A stretch of 64,000 nt of DNA from Mobula hypostoma (taxonomy: Eukaryota), in assembly GCF_963921235.1 (NCBI RefSeq), contig NC_086108.1:78370001-78434000 (forward strand), read 5' to 3'. Positions within the stretch are counted from its first letter, which is position 1. Every line of letters begins with the position of its first letter. The translations under genes and the position numbers were made by a program. A model generated the notes under the pieces. That model was not told where the DNA came from. It was given only the letters and a program-made list of their open reading frames with translations, and did no database searches. Shown here piece by piece: positions 51,523 through 64,000 of this stretch.

Positions 51523-53420
51523 ACAGTAGAGCAATCACTTTATGTGACAATGCACCCTTCACGACTTGCTCCATCCTCTAGCAATTTCTCTCAGACAGTT
51601 GAATGCCCCCTTTGTGGCACAAACAGTGCAGCAGCTTTTCCAACATAAAAATCTAGCCAGACAACTTTTCTCCTTCCTCCAGAAATGTGTGCTTAAAATT
51701 TATCCTAAGATGTGTTGCACTTCCAGCAGTGCCAAAAGCAACTTCCAGAGCTAGCAGATAATTAGCTGACGTGGCTAACGGATTTTCTGCCTTGAGGAAC
51801 CCCACTATATTAACTGGTGACCCCTTTAAGCTCTCTGCCAGTCTCAGTTTTTTAATATTATCTCAGCACTGCCATTCATCCAATAACTGAAATGTCTGTT
51901 CAGCCCAAGCCTCACATTCTTCTTTTCCATCAGGTGTGAGCTTGACTCCGGAGAACACTCTCTGCCGACAATAACTTTGGCTTTCCACAGGTATACTTCT
52001 GCACTTATCAACCAGCAATGTAAAAGCCAAAATGAGCTTAAAATTTAAATCAACAGCTGAGGGATTCAGTAGACCCATCACATCAGACAACTCCTTCCTT
52101 TCACTCCACAGAAACAAGAGCAACTTGTCTTTAAAGTCTCTGCCCTCAGCTGTGGGAAACTCAGCTTCCAATACAGCTCCCTCACCTACTCTCCCCTCTT
52201 CTCTGAAAGTATGGATGGCCAATGGCCCCACCTCTCCCGGGATCCCAAGTGTAACAGGCAGATCCACTTCCATCATGTCATCGATAGTCTGAACTAAAAC
52301 CACATAGTTGCCCACCTTTTGGTCAAACTGCAGCTCCATGATTGTAACTTTCCCTATTGTTTTAACAGTACTTAAAACCCTAATCAACAATTCATCTGAA
52401 CTGTGAATATCCACCCCGCTCAGAATGCAAGTATTAGTTACGGGCAATCTCTTTGAAACGCACAAGCGCTTAATCCCTGCGGCATCCATAACCACGTTTC
52501 TTAATCACTTTCCCAGACAATGGTTTAATACAGGCTTAAAACACAAACCTACTTAAGCAATTCTTAACACAATTACACAGCGTTCAACTAATTCAATCCA
52601 TGATAATAGCCCCCACAACGAAAACCTTTATACTGGGCGTCTCTGGAAATGCGGCTCATTAACTCCACGCGAACAGACATCGGACTCCGCAGCCAGGAAC
52701 CCATTTTTCTCAGATTCTGTACATTTAGGGTGTATACAACTTTGGTCCCTCCAAACCCATGAGGTTGGGATGTCTTGCCCACCCAAACCACAGTTGGCGT
52801 GAATGCTGTGTGATTTACTGGCCCCTGAGAAATAACAGATTGTACACTGCATACAATTATAAAGAAAGAATATTTAAGAACTTTAACTTAACCAAACAGT
52901 TGTTAAAGAAAAGAAAGGATAAAACAAAAGGGCTCATCATAACTAAGCAATCAAATATGCACATAAATGGGAGCTCATCTTACAGTTTTCTTTAACTCAC
53001 AAGCTGGACCTCAGTCTGTGTGAAAGCATACATCACCTTCTGAACCTCACCTGAAGTCTATCTCGAACAAACAGGCTGTGCCACAGGAGTACTGGCCCTT
53101 CCTCCTTGAAGCCACTCATCTGTACAAAGCACCTTGTGCAACAGAGATGGCACCCTCAGCCATCTTCCTCCCTGTCTTCTCCTAGCTCCGGCCAAAAAGA
53201 CCTCAAACTACACCAGTGTCCCTCACAAAAACCTCTCCACCCGGCGTTCTCCCAATTCCACCATCCTGACTGGTTGACACCACACTCCCAAGTTGAACAA
53301 CAAAGCCCCTTATCTCAGCTCAAAACCAAACAGGTTGAAAGCAGAACAGACTGCTCTTACAGAACTGCTAAAATGAAATGCCTACAACATAGCAGTAAAA
53401 ATCTCAACTAGGATGTTACA
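51523..53420 (-). mobile_element. Truncated Gypsy element: 5' LTR (52619-53420), PBS and PNMA-like gag
   Basis: LTR starts tgtaacatcc and is followed by ttgtgggggct. ORF 51863-52495 (RVFSGVKLTPDGKEECEAWAEQ) is homologous to the gag at 33660-34900. Confidence 0.85.
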
Positions 53421-53754
53421 CTTGTTTCACTCCAAGCTCCTAATCCAGCCCCCTTTAGTGTTGACTTACTAATTATAAAAACACACCAGAATAAAATCCA
53501 AATATTAGGAGACTGAAACAATTACTTTTTTTAAAAATTCTGCTCTCACAACGAGTTATTTCAGCTGCTTAAAAATCTGAAGCTTATCAGATCAGAAAAC
53601 ATGCTCCTCTGTATCCATTCTTATATTCTTCAACTGACATCCTTAAGTATCCTCTTTTATCTTTGATTGTCCCTCTACTCCCGAGGGCAATGATCATTAT
53701 TTTTGACCACCAAGGTTGGTGAAATTCAACTCTCATTTTAATTTGTTTGCAGCA

Positions 53755-54070
53755 AAGCATAGAGTGGATAGCCAGCGCCTCTTCCCCAGGGCACCACTGC
53801 TCAATACAAGAGGACATGGCTTTAAGGTAAGGGGTGGGAAGTTCAAGGGGGATATTAGAGGAAGGTTTTTTACTCAGAGAGTGGTTGGTGTGTGGAATGC
53901 ACTGCCTGAGTCAGTGGTGGAGGCAGATACACGAGTGAAATTTAAGAGACTACTAGACAGGTATATGGAGGAATTTAAAGTGGGGGGTTATATGGGAGGC
54001 AGGGTTTGAGGGTCAGCACAACATTGTGGGCCAAACGGCCTGTACTGTGCTGTACTATTCTATGTTCTAT
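53755..54070 (+). mobile_element. CR1 3' fragment
   Basis: TRGHGFKVRGGKFKGDIRGRFFTQRVVGVWNALP and (ttctatg)n tail. Confidence 0.88.
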
Positions 54071-54297
54071 GACATATCTACCAAATGTAAATATATTTGG
54101 ACAAATTCTATGAATCTCAACTTTGAAGGATTTAGTTTTAAAATTAAATTTTAAAACTCCTGCGATCTTTCCTCCCTTTCAAATTGGCTAGTAACTTGAT
54201 TCTTCTCACATAATCATAAGTTCTTACATACAGAATACCAAACAACAATCCATACCAAACCCAAACCAGGAATATAAAATCCATGGGAATACTCAAC

Positions 54298-54470
54298 CTG
54301 CCCTCTTTGTGTGCTTTGTTTTGAATATTTAAAAGTAGAAGTTGAATTTCCTGGCGAAGCAGATCTTTGATTGCAGGAGATTCTGGTAGCACTGCATGTG
54401 AGGCTTGTGAATGACAGGAAGTCAATCTGCTTGTTCTCATCGATTGCCAGATTTCCCATAGCATAGCCAC
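54298..54470 (-). CDS. CCDC24: CCDC24 coding exon (173 nt, phase 0 to 2)
   Basis: Acceptor tttcag|GTG and donor CAG|gttgag. Encodes VAMLWEIWQSMRTS...LPESPAIKDLLRQEIQLLLLNIQNKAHKEG(R), which matches human CCDC24 as I recall it (VAMLRALLQE...[29 protein letters not shown]). Confidence 0.9.
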
Positions 54471-55628
54471 CTGAAATTTAGATACATATGAAGAACTATA
54501 GGCAGGTTAAAAACCTTACAGTAGTATACAATTAATAAACTATGGAGTAAGAAACTATTGAGACACTGGACACCATAAATTGGTAATTAACCACCAGTTC
54601 ATTTATGCAATCACACAAGGCCCGGTTTCCATATTCTGTAATATATACTTCAGTTCATGTTCTGTTTTTGACATCTGATTTATTGGAAACTGGTGCCCAC
54701 GAAATTAGATGGTTTCTCTGTCAATGTGGTTAAAACAGAAATGCTAATATGTTATGTTGTAATTTGTAATCTCGTCTGAGGAATTCACATGATCACGTAC
54801 AAGTTAACATGACCAACAATTACTTGGATCTAAAATGAGATTAAAACCTTTATACACTTCACAAATGACAAACCACTCACAGCAAATTGTTAGTTGTTTC
54901 ATAAGTAAAAGCATGATTTGATGCAATATATTACTGTGCTACTGAAGAGAAGTGGTGTCAAGTCACCGTGACAAGCAGAATTTAATTGTTGGATCTGAGA
55001 GTTGTGCAGAAATAAAGTGTTTATAGGATTTTAATTGCATTTCCATTAACAGCAAAATTCAAGTAACAGGCATCTGCTTTTTATCCCCTAAAGCTTAATT
55101 GCCAAGATTAATTGTAATTATTTTTTTAAAAAACATGCAGATGTCGTAATCTGTATTAAACAAAACAAGAAAATGATGGAATTACTCAGGTGAGATAGCA
55201 TCTGTAGAAAGAAACGATCCTTGTTTTAGATTGGAGACATTTTTTCCAGTATTTTCCATTTTTATTTATGGTCACAGTTGTGTTTCTAAATCAAGAAATA
55301 TCCTGGCTCATTTGCTAATAAGGTAAAGGATTCAGGCAACTGGAGGTCTACAGTGGCAGAATAGTGCTATGGAAAGGGGACACAAAGGGATTTTTGGGGT
55401 ACTCATTTCCAAATAATTAGAAGTCACAACATGAATAAATATTCTCAATGACTTGGCCTCAACAGCTATCCGTGGCAATGAATTCCCTCTGATTCACTAC
55501 CCTCTGGCTAAAGAAATTACTTCTCATCTCTATTCTAAATGAACATCCCTCTATTCTCAGGCTGTGTTCTCTTTATCAAGACTCACCCACTATAGGAAAC
55601 ATCCTCTCCATATCCACTCTGTCTAGAT

Positions 55629-58600
55629 CAGTGTTTCCCAAGCTTTTTTAGCCCAATGCCCCCCTAAAGCACTTGCATACTTGCCAAAACCCCCAAGGAA
55701 CAATGTGCTTTTTGGCGCCCTCATGGTGCAAAACAATGTCTACCATATGCTAACATGAGAAAAATTATTCTTCTTTATATTTTTATTTGTCTCTAAAGCT
55801 ACCTTACACAGTACCTGGGTGCTGTACTTGTTCACTAAGCTTGATGGTTTTTAGCAAGAGCTGAAATATCTGGTTCACAATGTGACAGCAAAAGCCTAAA
55901 CTCCCCACATGTAACAACGTCCAAACAGTTTCTGTTTTTGCGAGTATATGGTTCACTGCACTGAAGCCTTTTTCCAACAAAGTTGGAGGATGGAAATGCA
56001 GTGAAGAGCAGTATGGCTCTTCTCCAAAGACCAGGAAACTTCATATGACAGTGTAACCACATACCACAAAAGCCGACATATTTGAAAAGCATTTATGCTT
56101 CTTCATCATTGTGAATTTTGATAATTTCTTCTTGCAAGCTCTCTTCCTGTTCTTCCACCATGCAAAAAATGGGTTAATTACCCAGACCAAAATTTCCAGA
56201 TTGTTCAAATCCTTGAATCAATTCTGAAAATCCTTCTTCAGTGACTGCAGGTGTAAGCAGTACTCTTGCAAATCAATGTCTGTGAAAGAGAGTGCCATTC
56301 CTTTCACTCAGGGAAACTGTAATAACATTCTTTTCTCAATGTTTTACTTATACATTTCAAATTTTCTGACAAAAGTAAACACTGCATTTTTTGCCTGGAT
56401 TAAATTTAAATTCTCATCTTGCAGTATCATATTTAGATGTTCATTTTGTCATACAGATCATCCAGGTATGCCAAATCTCCATGAAGAAATTCTTCTTTCC
56501 AATATTTTTATTAGTTTCTACACAGAATACAGAGTACAAGAAAGTATATATAAAAGACCAAAAAAGATTTTAAAAACTACCAATTACATTATATATATTC
56601 ATAATAACAATCTCATTACCCCGTATTCATGCAAATTAATCAATAGTTATATTGAAATATACTAATTTATTACAAAAAAAAGAGTCTAACTCCTACCAAG
56701 ACCGAAGCTGTTTATTAAGGAGAAAAAAAGGGAAAAATACCTTCTCATATAATAAAAATTAATAATAGCCAACATCTGAATTTAAACAACGAATTAAAGG
56801 TTTTGAAAGTTTTGAAAATAATTCAGATAAGGTCCCCACAATGTTTGAAAGTCTTGACGAGATTCAGAAATTGAACAACAAATCTTCTCTAAATCTAAGC
56901 ATGACATAACGTCGCATAACCATTGAGCACGAGTAGGAGGAGAAACATCTTTCTATTTAAACAAAAGCGCCCTCCTAGCTATAAGAAAGCTAAAGGTCAA
57001 AATATGTAAATCAGATGTCTTCTGCTTGATATCTTGTCCTGCAACAATACCGAATGGGACCATCAGAGGATTAGGCTTAAAATCGACTTCGAAAAGTAAA
57101 GAAAAAGTTTGAAAAACTTTCTTCCAATATTTTTCAAGACTTGGACAAGTCCAAAACATATGAATTAATGAAGCTTCTCCATTATTACATCTGTCACAGT
57201 AGGGAGATATATCTGAATAAAAACGAGAAAGCTTATCTTTAGTCATATGGACTCTATGTACCACCTTAAATTGTATGTGGGAATGGCGAGCACATAGCGA
57301 TGAAGTATTAACCAGTTTAAAATTTCATTCCAAGTTTCCTCAGATATTGATGTCTCTAAATCCTGTTCCCAGAGATTCTTAATTTTATCAAAAGGAGCAT
57401 TCCTCGTCTCCAGTAACATACCATAAATATTAGATATTGAACCATTATGAAAAGGTGTCAAATTAAAAATTACATCTAGTAAGTTCTTATCTGAGCTTTT
57501 AGGAAATGTGCATAATTGAGATCTTAAGAAAGTCTCTGATTTGTAGATATCTAAAAAGGTGAGTTTTGGGTAAGCTATACTTCGCTGACAATTGCTCAAA
57601 TGAAAAAAGATTTCCTCTAACAAACAGATCCCAAAAACATTTAATACCCAACCTGTCCCATTCTTTAAAAACTAAATCAGTCATGGAGGGTTTAAAAAAA
57701 TTAGAATATGTGGGACTTGAAAGGGAAAATCTCAATAAACCAAAATGTTTTCTAAATTGTATCCAGATCCTCAGAGTATGTTTAACTATTAAATTGTCAG
57801 TTAGTTTACTTACAAGTAAAGGAAGTGAGGATCCAAGAAGAGAAATAATAGAAGATTTATTAACAGAGTTAGCTTCTAAAGAAACCTACACCAGACAGTC
57901 TACACAATTAATATAATATAGCCAAAACGTAAGATATCGTATGTTAACTGCCCAGTAATAAAACCTAAAATTAGGTAAGGCTAAACCTCCAGACTTTTTA
58001 GATTTTTGAGGATGAACTTTATTTAAATGAGGGCATTTATTTTTCCATATATAGGAGGATAAAATAGATTCAAGGGAGTCAAAAAAGGATTTAGGAATAA
58101 AAATGGGTAAAGCCTGAAAAAGGTATATGAATTTAGGTAGAATATTCATTTTAATAGAATTAATTTGTCCAATCAACCATATTGAAAGAGGTGACCAATT
58201 TAATGATATCTTTTTTACATAGTTTAATAAAGAAAGTTTTCTTTAAACAGGTGTTTATAATTCTTAGTGACTGCTACACCCAAATAAGTAAATTGATTCC
58301 TTACAATTTTAAAAGGAAGATTAGTATTAATTGATACCAAATTGTTTAAAGGAAATAATTCACTCTTATGTAGGTTCAATTTATATCCTGAAAACTGGTT
58401 AAAACGGTAGAGTAAAGAAAGTATGCAAGGTAGCGAGGTTTCAACATTAGAGATAAAAAGCAATATATCATCAGCGTAAAGCGATATTTTGTGGATGATA
58501 CCTCTCCTTAAAATACCACAGATATCATTAGGGTCTCGAAAAGTAATGGCGAGGGGTTCTAAATCTAGATCAAAAAGCAAAGGCCTCAACGGACAACTTT

Positions 58601-61600
58601 GTCTAGTTCCACGGTGAAGTTTAAATGGTTTGGAATTTTGAAAATTAGTAAGAACCTGAGCAGAAGGAGATAGATAAAGTAATTTAATCCATTGAATAAA
58701 ATCTGGTCCAAAATTAAATTTTTCTAAGGTTTTAAATAAATAGTTCCATTCAACCCGATAGAAGGCCTTCTCAGCATCTAAGGATATCACACATTCTGAT
58801 ATCTCCTGAGAAGGAGAGCAAATAACATTTAATACACGGCGTATATTAAAATGGGAATGTCGGTTTTTACTAAATTTCGTCTGATCATCAGAAATAATAG
58901 AAGGTAAAATATTTTCAATCCTACGAGCCAGAACTTTAGAAAGAATTTAGCATCAACATTGAGTAATGAACTTGGCCAATATAAAGAACATTCAGTTGGG
59001 TCCTTGGTCTTTTTTAGGACAAGCGAAATAGAAGCTTCATAAAAAGATTGAGGCAAACTACTCAATTTGAAAGAATCCAAAAAAGCTAAGTGTAACTGCA
59101 GTATAATTAATGAAGAAAAAGTCTTATAAAATTCTCCAGAAAATCCATTTGGACCCGGAGCTTTCCCCGAGTGTAATGAATGTATAGCCTCGGCAATTTC
59201 CTCATAAGAAATGGGTTGATCCATCTGTTTGCAATTACCTGCAGAAAGTGCAGGAATATTTAATTGATCTAGAAAATTATTCATTACAGCATTATCTTTA
59301 GGGGAACCAGAACTATAAAGTTTAGAATAGAATTCTCTAAAGGTATCATTTATTTCAGAGTAACCAGTTGTCCTATCACCATTAGTTTTGCAAATTTCTT
59401 TAATTTGTCATTTAACTACAGAAGTTTTTATTTGGTTGGCCAATACTTTGCCTGATTTATCTCCGTGAATGTAAAATTGAGTTTTACCTTTAAGAAGTTG
59501 AGTTTTAATTGGAAATGTTAACAGAAGATTATATTTAATTTTAACTTTAACACATCTTTTATATAAAACAGGATCTGGAGCTATAGCATATTTTTGATCT
59601 AATTGTTTCAATTGATTGGCTAATTCAATTCTTTCTTTATTAGCTTTATTCTTAACACTGGCAGTATAAGAAATAATTAGTCCTCTAATATAGGCCTTGA
59701 AAGTATCCCACACAATAAAATTAGAAGTCTCTTCCTTTTTATTCTCTTCGAAAAACAAAATAATATGCTTCTCTAGAAATTTTAAAAACTCCTTATCAGA
59801 TAACAAAGTTGTATTAAAACGCCAAAATCTGTTGGTTTGAGGGAGACCAGGGAGATTTAAAGATAGAAATCCAGGAGCATGATCTGAAACAGCAATCTCT
59901 TTATATTCACAGGAATGAACTGATGAAATTATTTGACTATCAATAAAAAAATTGATTTTTTGGAATATGTATGATGAACATGGGAAAAAAAACGAGTACT
60001 CCTATCTAAAGGATACAAAAAATGCCAAACATCAACAATACCACACTTCAATAAAAAAGATTGAATAAACAAAGCTGATTTATTAAGAGACGCTGGTTTA
60101 GAAGATGATCGGTCTTAAAAAAAAGGGTCTAGTCAACAGTTAAAATCTCCTCCCATCACCAAAGAATAAAGATTCAGATCTGGTAGAAATGAGAAAAAAC
60201 GCTCAAAAAATCCTGGATCATCTACATTTGGGGCATACACATAGGCAAATACTATTAATTTATTATCTAGTTTTCCTGAAACTATAACAAAACATCCATT
60301 AGTATCAGACACTACTTTATGTTGGACAAAGGAAAGTATATTATCTATAAGAATCAAAACTCCTCTAGATTTGGCCTGAAAAAATGAAAGAAAACAAAGT
60401 CCGTTCTAACGGCTAAAAAAAAAACGTGGATTATCACATTTGCATATGTAAGTTTCTTGTAAGAAAATAGGGGCCTTAAATTTCCTAATATAAGCAAAAA
60501 TCTTATTACGTTTAAAAGGGTGATTTAACCCTTTCACGTTAAAACTAAGTAAATTAATAGTTTGGTCCATTTTTAATATTATTTAAAAGGGTTAAAATGT
60601 AAGTTAAAACCAAGCCATAAACCTTGAGAAACGGTAACCAAGCAACAAGTTAGGTTAAAATTCAAAAACAGCTTCTGAGAAAAAAAAACCATACCCCCAC
60701 CCACCTCCCAAAGAAAGAAGACCAACCAATAGAAAGTCGTCATCTACAACTACAGACAACCCCCCAAAAAGCCTGGTGATCACTCCAATTAGTTTCAAGG
60801 TTATTTATATTCCAACCTAGACTAAACAATATCCAAACAAGAAATTCAATTCTCGTATATCAAAAATACAGTATTAAAAAATACGAAAGGAAATTAGTTA
60901 CAAAGGTTTACCAAAAGTAAAAGATACAATTATTCATACAGAAAGACATTAAACATTTAATCTTATATCTTCATGAAAAAACAGACTAAGCAGTTAGCCT
61001 TCAAATTTAAAAAATCTTTGTTGCTTCTGCATTCAAACGAAACCATTCGAAGGGTCCATTTTTAATGAGATTCTCAGTCAAACTGGGTAGCCAAGGTACA
61101 GGTTAAAACCCTTGTTAAAAAAATTCCAACAAAACTTGTTTAAACTCAGCACGTTTCTGCATAACCTCAAGCGAATAATCTTCGAGAATCTTAATATTCT
61201 ACCCTATAACCAATCATGCCCCTTCGACAGGATTTGCAAATTAAAAGTTTCTCATTTAATCTTGTGTCTTCACGTAAGGGCAAACTAAACAGCTAGCCTT
61301 CCGATTTAGCCTTCTGATTTTAAAAACCTTTGTGCTTCAACAGTCGAATGGAACCATGCAAAAGATCCATCTTTAAGTGTAATCCTGAGCCGGGCTAGGT
61401 AGCGAAGGGAAGGCTCAAAACCCTTATTAAAAAGCTCGGACATAACTTCTTTGAACTTAACACGTTCTTGCATAACCTCAGGCGAGTAATCTTCAACAAT
61501 TCCAATCTTACGACCATGATAGTCAATCATGCCTCTTCGACAAGATTCGTCAATTAAGAGTTCCTTTGTTTTAAATTCCTGAAAACAGATTATTACTGAT

Positions 61601-62760
61601 CTTGGTCTCTGACCCTTAGGAGGTCTAAACGCAGGAGATCTGTGAACTCAATCAATCACAGGCACAGACGTCAAAATCTTCGGAAATAATTCTTACAAAA
61701 AGTTTACAAAAAATTCCATAAAATGATTACCTTTGATTAATTCTTCGAGACCCAGAACCCGTAGGTTGTTTCTTCTGTTTTCTAGGTTGATAATCTTTTG
61801 TCTTAACTTTTCGTTGGACTTCGAGTGCTTTTCACAAAGCTTTTGCGCTTCATCCACTTCCATTTCCAGAGTCACCAAGATTTCTTCGTTATTATTTATA
61901 CGTTTATCGTGTTCATTAAGAGTTTGTTGAATAGAATCCAACTTACCATCTATTTGTTTAAATTCAGAGCTGAATTGTTGAAACTTCTCAGAGGCTTCTC
62001 GTGTATGACTTTGCAGCAAATCCATAATAGAATTCAAAGAAGCAAGGAAATCATCCTTTTTAGTACCTCTGGCCCTCCTTGTATCCATAATGAAAGAATG
62101 TCACACTTAAAAAAGAAGTTTCAAGACATGTTGGAAATAGTAAGAAAATTAGAGTTTTAGCAACTGCAGATTGCTGTTACTCTATCAGCCACCACCAGGA
62201 AAAGTGCACTTTTTGCCTGGATTAAATTTAAATTCTCATCTTACAGTATCATATTTAAATGTTCATTTTGTCATACAGATCATCTAGCTATGCCACATCT
62301 CCACGAAGAAATTCAATCTTGTTTCCCAAGCTCTTGTCAACTTTTGAGCAAAAATTCAACCAGTGTCAAAAAAAAATCCAAGAAACATTTTAAGCAGCAG
62401 CCTTTTGACAGCCAATACACTTCAGTGTGAAAAGCACTCAAACTCTTCTTTGATATCTTGGCATAACTGGTGAAATACTCTGCTATGCAATGGTTGAGTT
62501 TTAATTTTGTTGATTGCTGATATTACAACAGTCATGCTTGAAAAAAGTCACTGGTTCAGCTTTTTTTTGCTGTGAGATGTTGATGATGAATTACACAATG
62601 AATTACAAACGGACTTGGAATTTCTATTTACATAAGTGCCACTAAACCAGCATGGCAACCTGTCATATATGATTTTCCATCAAGAAATCATGTTCCTAAT
62701 CAGAATATCTTTATCCTCAATATACATTTTGAGCTCATTATAGATTGATTCTCCATTGAT
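55629..62760 (-). mobile_element. Decayed hAT (Charlie/Buster-like) transposon, split by L1 and interrupted by Tigger copy D
   Basis: TIR-like cagtgtttcccaagctttttt. Minus-strand remnants HCVIHHQHL (about 62590) and WLSKG (about 62405). Confidence 0.75.
56493..62204 (-). mobile_element. Near-full-length L1-clade LINE (ORF1 and ORF2, frameshifted)
   Basis: ORF1 at 62088-61306 (coiled coil, NLRVLGL, IVEDYSPEV). ORF2 from 60570: FNVKGLN, YVYAPN, GGDFN, KAPGPNGF, SLDAEKAF, LYADDILL, CDRC...HMFWTC. Confidence 0.92.
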
Positions 62761-62761
62761 A

Positions 62762-64000
62762 CAGGTTAAGCCAAAATGTCGTAAAGCAAAGAAGCAATTA
62801 CCATTTATTTATATGGGAAAATTTTGTGAGCGTTCGCAGACCCAAAATTAACCTACCAAATCATGCCAAATAACACATAAAACCTAAAATAACAGTAACA
62901 TATAGTAAAAGCAGGAATAATATGATACAGCCTATATAAAGTAGAAATACTTTTCCACAATCATTACTGCGCTGTTCGCCGAAGCAAAAATCTCACGCAA
63001 GCGCTGTTGGCAAAAACATGGCGCAAGCGCTCTCCAGTAACCTTTAAGCTATGAAGCTGCCAAGTCATACCAAATAACACGTAAAAATACACAGCCTATA
63101 TAAAGTAGAAATAATGTATGTACAGTGTAGTATCACTTACCGGAATTGGTTCAGCGCCGAGCACACTGATGATGGTGTGTTAGACTGAGTCGTCGCAGGG
63201 TGGGGTGGTGCAGTGGCCCCCACCCTCCAGACCGCCGACCGATACATTGCCGTGAAGCACACAGGGGTCCAGCGGTAGCCGGGAGGCACCCAGCACATCT
63301 TTAAGAAAAAAGCCGAAATAAACACGCTAATTAATTAGGTGCTGCCCGACACATAATTGTTAGCCCAGATCAGTGCCGATTGCATCGCCTCTGATCTGGA
63401 CCTTTACATGTGGGGCGGCACCTAATTAGCATGTTTATTTCGGCTTTTTTCTTAAAGATGTGCTGTGTGCCTCCCGGCTACCGCTGCATTCTCCGCGAAT
63501 CGGTACAGTACCTGTCCGCGGCCTGGGTGTTGGGGTGGTGGGACACTGGGGTGTCATCTCGTCGTCTGTTTCCATTAGAGCAGGCGGCTCATCTTCTCCT
63601 ATGACTGCCCACCTTGATGTCGAAGGTCAAGGTTCGTCGTCTGCTGTGGCTGATGTGGAAGACTTGCTCGACTGCTGAGCCTCGCGCATTTTTCTATCAT
63701 ACAGTTCTTTGTAAGGACTCAAACCATCTTGCAAATATCCCCTAAACCTACGTACCCTTTCAGAATTAAAGTCGTACTTTATCATTACTTATTCGGTTTC
63801 GATTATTATCCTTTCCTCTTCCAATTGCATCAGCTCTTCATCTATCAGTTCTTGGTCATGGGATGCCAAAACCTCTTCAACATCATCTTCGTCAGCTTCC
63901 ACAAGCCAAACTCACTTAGTTCCTACTTTGTTCACCATGATCAAAACGCTTAATTATGTCTAATTTTACACTAAGTGTAACACCCTTACGAGCTCTTTCA
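62762..64000 (-). mobile_element. pogo/Tigger non-autonomous copy D (runs off the window)
   Basis: TA|caggtt, then colinear with copies B and C including the embedded MITE. Confidence 0.88.

Noticed and set aside
7160..55260. Strand bias of hammerhead/PLE ends against the host transcript
   Set aside because: Copies occur on both strands (minus at about 7160, 19350, 27718, 37762 and 55135), and numbers are too small to test.

Overview
Eukaryotic, repeat-saturated vertebrate DNA. The TE repertoire (CR1 with esterase ORF1, Rex1/Babar, V-SINE, Penelope, PNMA-type Gypsy) suggests a cartilaginous fish; this is inference. The window lies inside a minus-strand gene recognisable as CCDC24. Three coding exons (54470-54298, 41411-41244, 13500-13408) splice in frame across introns of 12.9 kb and 27.7 kb. 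The introns are filled with mostly decayed and often nested elements: CR1, Rex1/Babar, L1, a HERO-type RLE retrotransposon, Penelope-like elements (PLE) with minimal hammerhead ribozymes, two Gypsy LTR elements, Tc1, a pogo/Tigger family and several hAT elements. The most unusual structures are a TSD-flanked hairpin with two opposed hammerheads, a 110-bp target duplication around a near-full-length L1 that also has a duplicated ORF1 C-terminus, a Tigger family carrying a hAT MITE, a local templated insertion, a 58-bp minisatellite inside gag, and four-level nesting. No prokaryotic system, CRISPR array or intact TE ORF was found. Ends of elements without a TSD are approximate. All family calls come from motif recognition, not database searches.
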